The position numbers and the translations under genes are program-made. Below are positions 50,685 to 64,000 of a stretch of 64,000 nt of DNA, one piece after another. Position 1 is the first letter of the stretch. Each line of letters opens with the position of its first letter. Under the pieces are notes generated by a model. It worked only from the letters and a program-made list of their open reading frames with translations, was not told the DNA's origin and did not search any database. The stretch is from the human T2T-CHM13v2.0 reference genome, Homo sapiens, in assembly GCF_009914755.1 (NCBI RefSeq), contig NC_060939.1; one strand, given 5' to 3'.

Positions 50685-53681
50685 TAAAGTTTTGCATTGG
50701 TTATTAATAAGTGAACTGGGATACTACTAGCCACTAATATAGCTCTGATTGGATGTATGATATTTCAAGAAAGAGACTGGGTACTGTCATCTCATCTGGC
50801 TAATAAGATAATAGGAGGGACAGGATTCAAATAAAAAATATAGAACTTTTAAAGTTTCATGATGCTCAAGTGATGTATAACTGGACACTATAAATGTGAG
50901 TCAATTTGAATATGGGATTCTGAGAATAGGGATCCGCCACAGAAAAGAAGACGACAGACAGTAGCTGCAGAGAAGATACATAGGGAGTTCAGCAGGCTAA
51001 CCAAAATGGAAGCCAGTGACAAAGACCATTTGAGCAACAGACTGATGCCTTGTAGGCAAAAAATTAAGGTGTTTAAACAAACAACAAAGTGGCAGGGATA
51101 AGGAAGGGGCAGAATACTTACATATTTACATTCAGAACCCTAAAATATTGTAGCTGGAAGGGGCCTGGCCTATCGATTAAGCAGTGCAAAACTTTTACTT
51201 TACAGATGAGGGACCTGAGGGCCAGAGAGGTGAAAGGATGTGTCCACGGGGCCATCCTGGACTGGAACCAGGACTAGAACTCGGGTCCTCTGACTCCCAG
51301 CCCAGCACTGTGCAGCTCTCTGCTTCCAGTCCCTCCTGAGCAAATCTGTACCAAAAGTTTTTTGTTTCTGGGAAGAAAAATAAGGCACTATTTTGGATGC
51401 TTACCATAAAATAATCAGCTGAATCCAGGCATTTATATAATTTGAATTTCTCAAATAATAAGTAATACCATTTGTGAGCCCTGACCCTCTGGCAATCAAA
51501 CTGCATGAGGAGACTGGGGTCCATCCAAATATTATATATGGGAGCAGCTCAATTTCATCTTAGTTTTTAATGTAAAGATAAATACAAATTAGGTTTTAAT
51601 ATTTTCTTTCCAGTGAGTTTCCTTGCACATAAAAGTGCATAGACCCCACTTTGGAGATCTCTTTCCCAGAACCCCTTGTCATCCACCCAAGACACAGGTC
51701 TCTGCTTATGGGAAGAAAGTAAGAGTTAAGGCATTGGCTTGAAATCTAGAAACAAGACAGACAGAAAGGAAAAAGGCAATCTCCAGAAGATGAGGGGCAA
51801 TGCCAGCAGAAATTAGAAAGCTGTCATCTAGTTAGAGATCTCTGGCTGTAGCATTTCAAGGTGTTCCTTCTGCCAGTAACTCTCTCCTGCCAGAATCACT
51901 AAAACTGAAAGCAAAACACAAACTGACCATGTCTGATGTGATTATGGACATGGTTGGGTCACACCAGTTTAAAACTCACAACTCCCTAGAAAATCCAAGG
52001 AAATTTTTGCATTTCCTTCTCCAAGAATACTTACTTCTCATTGTATCTGTGAAATATAATATGGCATCAAAAGGGCAACCCACATCAAGAAGTGTGCCCC
52101 ACAATGTTTGGGGATCGGGGAACGGGCATCACTTTTCTTGAGCACCAACCATGTTCCCAATGCTACGTTAGGTGCTTTGCGTACATTGTTTCATTTGGTT
52201 TCAAAAGAATTCTAGAAACAGGGAGGTACTGTGATCCCCATTTAACAGATGAAAAACTTGGTGACAGAGTGTGTGTGTCCATGGAATCCAGATTTGTACT
52301 GGTTTGGTGGCTTTAGAAACCTGGCAGCTTCTATTAAGGCTACGGTAGAAGACAGAAGAAATGGATTCCCCACTCGGTGAAAATATCTCACGGGAGATGT
52401 CCTCTGAGAGCCAGGTTTCATATGCAACCCTTGAAGCTGCCTTTAGATCCCACAGTGGTAAACTGGATGAAGTGTTACCTTGGCTACGGAACAGAGCTAC
52501 CCTTTCTAAACAGAGGGACATTTTGGGTACCTTGAATGACTGACTCTTAGAAAGATCACGGGCACAGGAGATGCCTCAGCAAAGCTGAGATCAGAGCTTT
52601 GGAGCCACCCTGCGACATCTTTGGGCCTCTGCCTTGTCTCCTTGAAAGCATGCCTCGTAGCCAGCTTCAAAGTCAGACTCCCCATGCCTGGTGTTCAGTA
52701 ACAGCGGGCTTCTCATTCAAAAATTTTGCAGAGGTAATAGACTGTGACTTTCTTTTGTGACAACGGTGCCTCAGCACAATCAGACAACTTGAATATGTTT
52801 AAAATAACCTTGCAGAAATCCTCAGAAAAAGTAGGCAAGATAGACATCAATTGCCAAAACAGTCCCAGCTAGGGATCCACTGGAGGAATTTTTAACATAG
52901 TTTCCAAAGTCAAACAGCATGCCACTCTCAACCCTGCAAAGTCAGAGCTGGTAGTAAATGCTGGGTTCCCTTGCTGTACTGACAGGAATGAGAGTCAAAG
53001 GTGCTGAGATAAACACACAAATTATCTCAAAGCAGTAATAGTAAAAATCATTTTATGCAAGGAATGGAGACCAACTGATACCCACTCTCCGCATTAGGTA
53101 GAAAAGAGTGTGCTCACACAATTAAAGTACAAGACGGCATGCTCGATTTGGGGCAGGACAGTGAATAGAAAACAGAAGTCAACATCACCACCTCAAACAG
53201 AGCGTTGTGCTCACAAACTGCCAGCAAGACCACAAGCATATCTGCAAAAACATTTGCATGGTTTCTGGTTGCAAAAATGCTGAAAGGATTTGTACGATAC
53301 TCTGTTCCCAAGTGCACAAAAGTCTCTTTCTACCTGAGCCCAGCGACCCAAAATATGAAGAAAAGCAGCACCAGTACTCCTGATATTCTTTGCTGGTCTG
53401 TGACCCCTTCCTTTCCTTGGAGTTGGACCAAAAACACAGTATTACCTCCTAATCAAATAACCAACACCCAAAGATACCTGGGTGTGACTACATGTCAATT
53501 CAAGTTCACCGGAGTTAAAAGGAAAAGGTTTCACCGATTGTTTGTTGGTGTTTGTTGGAGGCTGGTGTGTTTAAGATACAGAAGTAGCTGCTAGCTTTGC
53601 ACTAAAACAAACAAACAAAAGCACATTTCAATTATTTTTTATTTATTTTTTAAATTTAGTGCAGCAAAAAGAGAACAAAGG

Positions 53682-53809
53682 TGGCCAGGCGTGGTGGCTC
53701 ACACCTGTAATCCCAGCACTTTGGGAGGTCAAGGCGTGCGGATCACCTGAGATCAGGAGTTTGAGATTAGCCTGGCCAACATGGTGAAATCCCGTCTCTA
53801 CTAAAAATA

Positions 53810-53844
<35 letters not shown>

Positions 53845-53860
53845 AGAGAGAGAGAGAAAA
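53682..53860 (+). mobile_element. Alu left arm only, with long poly(A) and (GA)n
   Basis: AluS-type left monomer ending at the linker. Confidence 0.88.
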
Positions 53861-55413
53861 CAAAGATTAACAAAAAGAGAAATAGCTTGAGATGCCGAGG
53901 AAGATAAAAAGCAAATGATTTAAATTAAACATGAGGGAAACATTAAAGAAGGGAAGGAAATAAAACAACCCTAGGGATCTAAATAGACAACAAAGAAAAG
54001 TTGTTTGATCACAGGGCAAGCAGTATGAATAAATCAAATACCATAAATGCTCTAAAGGAAAAAAAAATTTTAAAAAGTTTCCTTCCAACTCTCATTCTAA
54101 GGAAACCACAGCTCTTTTGCTTAGTATAACTATAGTTCACATGCTAAATAGCTAAATTCAGCTTTTTAAAATCTACCCAACACTCTCTAGATTTAAAAAT
54201 GTAAGTAAACCGTTCAGATCCTATTGTTAAGTAAATTTTGTTTGGTGAGTGGATTTGTTTTGAGTGGCTGTGGATAAAGGCAAGGGGTGATTTTATTTTA
54301 CTGGTCATTTAAAGATTACATTCTTTTTAAAGAAAAAAATCTATGATAGTTTTACAGGATTTCAAGGCAAATTCATCAGTTTTGTTTCAAACACACCCAA
54401 TGGGTGTTTCCCTTGTCTCCAAATGAAAAGCCTTAATCCACCTTTTCCTACATGTGTTTCTACAGCATCTTCTGGCTGTGAGTTTGTACACCACTACAGA
54501 ATTATTATTACTATTTCAACTCCCATGAAATGTACTACGACTGGCAGGCATATGAGTTCTGAAATTTAAAGTGCGTTACTAGAGAAACTAAAACTCATGT
54601 TGGCCGCAAGGATGGACAACAATACGAAATGCTACAGATGGCAATGGGAGGCCTAAAACAATGTGCAGTTCCTTTCTATTCTGGTTTGCCCCATTGTGTT
54701 CTGAATAGACTGAATCACTGCCCAGCTTCAGGGCCAGCCTCTGAAAGGCCCCATTGTAAGGGCTATGCTTTCCAGAGCAGAGTTAAGGTTGCTGTAGTAA
54801 CCTTCACTATGAATTTCCTGACCAGTGTGATGAAAATCTCAACTGAACTGCGACAGTACTACAGCTACAAACAAGACCGCGAAATGAGCGTGGGTCTACC
54901 CATTTAGGGGGTCTTTCTTATCTGAACATAGCCCACTATCTACTACTTCAGGCATCCACATTGCCAAAGAAGGGACTAAATTTCTACAAGCCAGAGCTTG
55001 AGAGGTGACCTTGTTGTATAAAGTCTCAGGGGGATCTATCCCATAGGATTTGAGGTGGCAGGCAAATGGGAGTTTGTAGACAAAGGGGAGGCCTCGGCTC
55101 ATAAACTGTTTAAGCTGTCCTGTGTGCTGGGCTGGGGAAGCCACTTTTCTGGAGTTGCACAGGGAGGCATGGGGGTACCATTGGTCCAAACACCACAGGT
55201 AAGGAATAAGTCTGCACTGAGTGGGAGAAAACAGTTTAGAATTCAGCAAGGCACCCTTTTTATTCTGCTAGGAAAAGAAGGGCAACGGACAATCACCCCC
55301 ATCTACCAGATGGAAGGCACACTGGCTTAGAATGAAACCCCCTCCCAGTTAAGTTTATTGAGGGTTCCCTATCTGCCAAGCAACATTCTAAGCACTTTAC
55401 TTATACTAACTCA

Positions 55414-56190
<777 letters not shown>

Positions 56191-56899
56191 AGAAACCCTG
56201 ACATATATACAGAACTGATACTCAGTTCCCACTGGAAAGAGCGTCTGGCTGGCTTCCACCCTGATTGTTCGGTATTCATGTTGCTAACTATTTAAACATT
56301 TTATATCACCCCTGCTTATGTTAACCAACTAGACAAACTGTAACAGTCTGAGATGGTTTGGTGTGAGTTCTATCTCATGATCGTGCCCCTTAGAGGTCTC
56401 TCGGATTTTCCTGGGCCAGCTGCTTCAAAGGCAGATATCCCTCATTCTCTGAGGTCCAAAATCAGGAACTAAATAGATCTGTATAAAATTTTTGATAAAT
56501 CACCTCTTATCTGGAATCTCACTACTTCCTATTCCAAATAGATTTGGACAAAGGAGCATTCCTTATTCCCAAATGTCCTACCCAAACCCCATTGAACTTG
56601 GAAATAAACAGCTTTGGATAGTGAGAGATAGCTGTGCTTGGTCACGTCATGCCATATACCACAAAATGTCCTGGAAATGCCAGTATCTTTGCCCTCCCGC
56701 TTTCAATTGTCAATGGCAGCCACAGGAACTCAAGGGAGAACACAGGCCTTCTTGGCTCCCTTGCCCCTGTCGTTTCAGCCCCCACAGGACGGGGGTTTGA
56801 CTCTTCCTAACAGCCAGGGTTTCTCTTGCCCTCAGGGGAGCTCCTCCCTACCAGTCAGTGAGGTTCAAATTCCTTAGCCTAGCTCATAGCCCACTCTCC

Positions 56900-57285
56900 T
56901 TGCCAGTGCTATTTCCCACAATGCCTCATGCTCCTGCCACCAGTCTGCCTGGGGCTCTTTGCATGGAACATCTGACCTCTGCATCTTAGTCCATGATGTT
57001 CTCACCACCTGGACCAAATATCCTGCATGTTCAATCTAGTCCATCCTTGAAGACCCCATGCAAATGCTACCTCTTTAAAGCCTGCAAGTTCCCAGATTAT
57101 CGGTAATCTTGTCTGTCCTCTGACCCCCACTGTTGGCTTATTTATATCTCCTCTCCCTCCCTTTCTCAACTGTAAGTGACCTGAGGATGGGGCATGCCTC
57201 ATCTCTGAACTCTCCTTGTCCTAATAAAGAGCCATGCACATAAGTGGCTTTATAAATGCCTGTTCAATGAAGTAATGAATGAGAC
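56900..57285 (+). mobile_element. L2 3' fragment
   Basis: caaatgctacctct...aactgtaagtgacctgagg...ataaatgcctgttcaatgaa resembles the L2 3' end. Confidence 0.55.
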
Positions 57286-58893
57286 AAAATCACTAAAAGT
57301 TGAGTCATCCTAGGAGGCTTCAGGGAGATCAGATTTGAGTTAGGACTGAAAAAAGCTTAAGCACTGAATTGGGAGAGAGGAGGAAAAAAAAGGCATTCCT
57401 GAGAGGGAAACAAGGAGAGTAAAGGCATGGACGAGGGTAACAACATCGCTTGTGTTTGCACTGAGCTTTTCACCACGTGAAAACCCCCTAAAAAGACCAA
57501 CTGGACTAGAAAGGCGGATTTGTGTTGAGGAAACGGTAGCCTCGGTTAAGTAGGAAAATAGAGCTGACCGAAGGAGGGCCAGGAAGGCAAGGCTGAGTAC
57601 TTGGCACTACAGACAGGAAACAGGCAGCCAAGATGGAATCTCCATCAGAGGGTGCAGCCCAGGTCATGCAGAAAAACTGTCTTCTTTCCAGAGGGAAAGG
57701 GACCAACTACTGTAGTCAGATCCCCATCCAGCGAGAGAAAATAATGCCACCTCGCATTTGCTCCCAGTGTTTCACAACTTAGCCGTTAATCATCCCAGGA
57801 GAGTCCTAAAACAACTCTGCCAGGAGGGCGGAGAGCAGGTATAATTATCTCGGTGTTACAGCGTGGAAAGGCTGGCAAAATTCCCCTCCTGCTTTGGAGG
57901 ACCCCAAAGGAGTGGAAGAGACGGGGAAGGACTGATGTGCAAATTTCCGGTCCAGCTCATCTGCTTTGGAGAACTTACCTCTGTGTATCTGTCTAGTGTA
58001 ACAATGGCTATGTCACTTACTGCGGGGTTATTATTAAGCTGAGCTGTGAGTCCCTCTGTGTGCTCAATCTCGCCTACTTAGACCTAAAGAGGGGGCAGGA
58101 GGAGGGAACCAGAACCAGCAGTGGAGCTAGACTGCTTTTAACCCAGAGACAGAGAAAAAACAAACAGCTCTTTAAAAACACAATTTCTAAGCATACTAAA
58201 AGGTAGCAATTCCAGCCTAAAAGCCTGTCAGCTTAGCAATGCACCACCCTAAAGAAAGGGCAAAATTATCAAGGCATAGAAAAGCAAGAGACATCACGCT
58301 GTGGATAAAGGACCCTGCTCTATGCCAACTTCTAAGTAAGACGAGGAATTACAGTAATCCAGCCCACAGCAATTTCCCATTTTAACTGATGCTTCCTGTT
58401 TTCTATGCTGGGCATCATAAGGATATTCAGAACCAAACACAGGGTTCACAGGCTGTCCCTTCACTGGGGTACATTCTTTTCTGTTCACTCACCAAATTGT
58501 GTGCAACATTACAAACCAAAACAGATCTGTTTTCCTACTGACCTCAATTTGCGGCCACCATTACTGTTGCTGAGAAAATTCTTGGCTCTGCATGGCAGAG
58601 CGGGGGCTCCTACCAACACAGGCCAGCATGAAGGCCTAGGGAGAACAGCTCATTTGCCCAGCAGTTCCCTGGGCTTAATTGCCCTTGAAACACAGTCGGG
58701 ACGTGCTGGTAGGTGTCTCTCTGCAGGCACTGTCCACATCAACTGGAGTGACTTGATTTTGGAGGAAGGGTGAGGGGCAGAGGGGATGGAGACCTCTTCC
58801 AGTCCTTTTAGTGATTGCTGATCCATCCCAGAGTAAAGCAGACAACTGGGTTTTCTGTTTGTTTTGTGTTTGAGTGCAGGACAATGAAGGTAG

Positions 58894-59280
<387 letters not shown>

Positions 59281-59404
59281 AGGAAATTTAACATCGATAG
59301 AATACTTTTTATACAAGTCAATATTCTAATTTTATTATCCCAATCATGTCCTTTATTACTTATTTTTTCCCCTGGTGCAGGATCATGTACCACATTTGTC
59401 AGAA

Positions 59405-59996
59405 TTTTTTTTTTTTTAGAGACAGGGTCTTACTCTGTCACCCAGGCTGGAATGCAGTGGCACGATTTCAGCTCACTGCAACCTCCGCCTCCTGGTTCAA
59501 ATGATTCTCCTGCCTCAGCCTCCTGAGTAGCTGGGATTTCAGGTACGCACCACCACACCCAGCTAATTTTTTTTTTTTTTTTTTTTTTTTTAGTAGGGAT
59601 GGGGTTTTTGCCATGTTGGCCAGGCCAGTCTCAAACTCCTGACCTCAGGTGATCTGCCTGCCTCAGCCTCCCAAAGTGCTGGGATAAAAAGCCACCATGT
59701 CTGGCTTTTAAAATTTTTATAATTTTTTGAGACAGGGTCGTGCTCTTGTGGCCTGGGCTGGAGTACAGTGGTGCGATGAGGGCTCACTGCCACCTCGACC
59801 TCCTGGGCTCAAGTGATCCTCCCACCTCAGCCCTGGAGTAGCTGGGACTACAGGTGTGCACTACCATGCTTGGCTAATTTTTTTGAATTTTAGTACAGAT
59901 GAGGTCTCACTATGTTGCCCGGGTTGGTCTTGAACTCCTAAGCTCGAGTGATCCTCCCACCGTGGGCTTTGAAAGTGCTGGGATTACAGGCATGAG
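59405..59996 (-). mobile_element. Two antisense Alus (59405-59705 AluS-like; 59715-59996 AluJ-like)
   Basis: Reverse Alu dimers. Confidence 0.9.
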
Positions 59997-62420
59997 TTTT
60001 CCTTTGTCTTTTATGATGGTGACATTTTAAACAGTTCAGGCAAGTTATTTTATAGAATTTCCCTCCATTTGAGTTTGCCTGATATTTGTCATACTTAGAT
60101 TCATCTTTTACATTTTTGACTAGAATTCTAGGCAAATAATTTTGTGTCCTTCTGAGGGCATGATGTCCAGAGGTACATGATATTTGTAGGTGATATTCAC
60201 TTTCATCATTTGGTTAAGTATTTTCCAACTTCCCCACTGCGTAATTTTTCCTATTACAAATGCAAAGTGATTTGTGGTGAGATACTTTGCGACTATGTAA
60301 ATATCCTGTTCCTCATCAAACCTTAAGAACTGACTGAAAAAATTTACATTTACAAATCTAGTTATTTGGTACCCTGGGGGAATGTATTAAACTCCGAAAC
60401 TGAGTTTTTCAGACAGTCAAGGGCCATGGAGTATGTGTTTGGGCTTCTTAGATACATGACTTCCTCACAGCCCGCTGAGTTCCAGAGAGGCTGAGGTTGC
60501 CCGATAGCTGTGCCCTGATCAGTGATACTGCGTTCTACCTCCACAAGGTGTGAAATCATGCATTCCTAGAAGCTGAACTGAAAACCAGAACTATGAGTCA
60601 AGGTGATTCTTAATGGCCCAGACAGCACTGTGGGAAGAGGCATAGAAGGAAATCAGGTCTGTCCATATGCAAAGCTGCTATGTGTGGGATGTTCACGTCT
60701 GGTTTCCTCCCTCGGGGTGCCTGTGAACCTCACCCCTGCTCCAATCCTGTTCCCCCTCTCTTCCTTGACTACAGTGGCATTAAATAAGAACCTATTTAAA
60801 GGGTAGAAATGGAAGGAGTTCTTTCAGACCAGATCGCTTAAATCCAGGTGAGGACTGGGGGTAAAGGACAACATGAGTGAAAAGGATGGAGTCCAATCAT
60901 TCAGTTCAAAGAGGTTGCCAACATCTGTCCTTGAATCACAAAGAGGAAAGTTCTTCTCTATGCCCAACCTTTGATTCCCGCCATTCTTGTTTCCACAAGG
61001 GAATCTGCTGCCACCTGGGATAACCATTAAACATTTTCTTTTTGCTAAAAATTATTGTGTGGAAATATTACCTCAGATGACTTTGTTATACAAGAACCAC
61101 CACTTCCACAACTACAGTGACTGGGATAGATCCTCAGAAAAAAAGCCTGGTCTCTATGGCAAATTATCACAGACATGAAGGCCAGTGAGCTTATTCAGAG
61201 GCCAAAGATTCTTGCTCTGTCAATATTACGGCCACATGTTTTACAAGCCTGGAGTCCATTTCTTAAAGGTATGTGTGTAGGTTCGTGATTTTAATATTAA
61301 TAGCTACTGCTGACACATCACTGGAAAAACACAGGTTTTCCATTTTGACGGTAAAAGGTTTACATTTAGGATTCATTTATCCCTCCCTTAGCTTGAGTAA
61401 TGAGATACAAATTACTGGTAGTGCCCTCCAAAATTCCTCAGGCTTCATAAACACAAACAGGAATTGGCAATAACAGTAATTACAGGGATGGCATTTTTTA
61501 AATAGCCGCCGCACTCTTGTGGTTTTCTTTCCTGAACTGCATCCTATATTTTTCATTTATTCAATCATTCACTGATTCAATCATTTCACCTAGTCAACAA
61601 AACTTATGTTAGGCCTTGGGGATAGGATGATGTTTTAAAAAGATACAAAGGTTTACAAATTAATTACTTAAGTCTGCATTTATAGTTCCACTGTGAAGAA
61701 ATGGGCTTTGTTGCCATAAGATTCAATTCTTTCATCTTCTAAAAATCCTGAGTGAGCTATGAAGAAAAAGAATATAAATGCAATTCACTCCGAAGTGTGA
61801 AATATTACCCCTGGCTACCAGGTAAGCTGAGAAGACTGTGAGTTCACACAAATCATTGATCTTTCTTGACAACTGAATCCTAACCTGATGACCCCATTTA
61901 AAGAAACTCTGTAGTTTCATTTTAGAAACACCAGCCCAAATTCTGACGATAATTAGCTCTAATCATCATTTATGCCATTTAAATTAAGTTGATTAGATTT
62001 TCCCTAACAATTTTCCACTCAGAAGTTGCTATTTTAAAAATCTCAACGCCCAGCTGTGAGACGCACAAATTTGGTGTGAGGTATGTGATACCATCTCCTA
62101 TCTGGCAAAGGTTTTAAATATCCTAACTGGAACCCCTAAATCTTTAATGTAATGTAAGATCTCCGTGAGATATACTTTGTCACCACTGAGAAGCTAAAAG
62201 GGCATTTGAGCAACTGTTCACCACAAACCAGTCAGCTACTTTATAATTTATCATCTGGTGAAATCCTAAGAGCCTGGGCTTTGGGTCCTCTTGAATCTCT
62301 TCTAGATGAAAATCTTGGGCAGTTCTTCCCAACCAGCATGCCTGGCAATGAATGCCAGTCCCTAGGAAAAGGCTGAAGGGGGTGCTGGGTTTTCCTGTTC
62401 CCATGGCTCTGCCTGCCCAG

Positions 62421-62521
62421 CACGCGCACACACACACACACACAGACACACACACACACGCACGGTCATTTCTGGTGCACACAGGCACAAACACACGGCC
62501 ATTTCTGGTGTGCACACACAC
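62421..62521. repeat. (CA)n microsatellite with a duplicated cacgg.catttctggtg unit
   Basis: Seen directly in the sequence. Confidence 0.85.
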
Positions 62522-62916
62522 CCCCATTCCCATTTCTGAGTCTTTATTGGCAAAGATACTTCTAGAGGCTTAGAACCACTGGACACTCCCACAAACATCT
62601 TCAGACACCACCCTCCCCACCCACTGCTATTTCCCCACTCTGCCCGCTCATTCTCAGACCTAAGCACAAGAGGAAGTGAGTCTACCCATGATGCGGTCAC
62701 ACTTTTTGAAACCTGGAAGTGGGCCACATGTTGTAAAAGGAAGCTGAACGCTGGTGCACTGATCTAGAAACCTGTGATCGCCTTCTAGCTATAAATCTTC
62801 CGGGGTTCCCATTAAAAAAGAAATTCCCAAACTGCCCCTCTTTTGTTGGAGCTATGATTATGAAAAATCCTGACAGGCTTTCTTGAAGGTCTCACAGGCT
62901 AGCTCTAAGAAGCTAG

Positions 62917-63288
<372 letters not shown>

Positions 63289-64000
63289 ACATTTGTTTTC
63301 CTTTTTAAATTTTATCAGTGGCAGCCTCTGAATCCTCAAGATGTATTAAAAATGTCTTCCTAATTAATGTCTCCACTCTCTTTTGAGGAAAATATGGATT
63401 CAACAATAAGAATGTATCTTTACATCTGAGCATTTAAAAATAGATTAATTCTCCCATTTATACTATAGCAACTTGTAGTCACCAAAATTTCCCTTCTCTT
63501 TTCCTCAGAAATGCCCTCATTCCCAGGAAATTTTACCCCAGTCTGCTGGGAGCAGGAACATCTCTGTGCAATCCTGAAAGCCAGCCTTCTTTTGAGATGC
63601 CCTCATCCCCTCACCGACTCAACAGCCCTGCCTTAAGTGAAAGCACCTAGGACCCTCAACTGTGTCTCCTGGGCTAATGCCCGAAGGCTATAATGTTTAA
63701 TTGAAGAGATCTTCTTGGATGCTGAGAGGAATAAAGTCAGTCAGTAACAACCACTCTCCTCGGTCCTTGAGGCAGCTTTATTGTGGCTAAGTCCATATTC
63801 TGCCATGACCTGGCAGAGAGAAGAGGCTTAGCACTGGAGCCTGCTGGAGCCTGAAGAGCGGACTCCAAATTCCTCTTCTGCGACTTACTACTGGCTGGGT
63901 GGCCCAGGGGATTCTCTTTAACTCTTTTGTTTCCAACCTCACAGGGTTGACTTCCAAGATAGAGAACGGGAAAGCTAACCTGAAGATGTCATATCAATGA

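Overview
Primate (very likely human) genomic DNA from inside the MYO1E (myosin IE) gene, which is transcribed on the minus strand. Three coding exons are present: exon 2 (34417-34560, 144 nt), exon 3 (23512-23601, 90 nt) and exon 4 (18376-18470, 95 nt). They encode the N-terminal motor-domain segment up to just before the P-loop. Exon 1 lies beyond the right edge and exon 5 beyond the left edge. The rest is intronic and rich in repeats: about 45 Alus (several nested, many with readable target-site duplications, TSDs), MIR/L2/old L1 fragments, an MER57 LTR plus internal fragment, an MER21 LTR, and DNA-transposon relics (MER5, MER30, Tigger4a, MER53, MER58A, MER94, MADE1, MER6). Nearly all ORFs in the supplied track are Alu-derived or spurious. 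The best-supported notable feature is that the 10.8-kb intron between exons 2 and 3 is a U12 (minor spliceosome) GT-AG intron. Other leads are an unidentified processed retrocopy at about 7.6-8.6 kb, a candidate poison cassette exon in intron 1, a candidate 21-nt microexon inside the U12 intron, and several non-B-DNA or recent-duplication signatures. I do not see evidence for a new multi-gene biological system. Repeat family names are from recall of consensus sequences and their boundaries are approximate.
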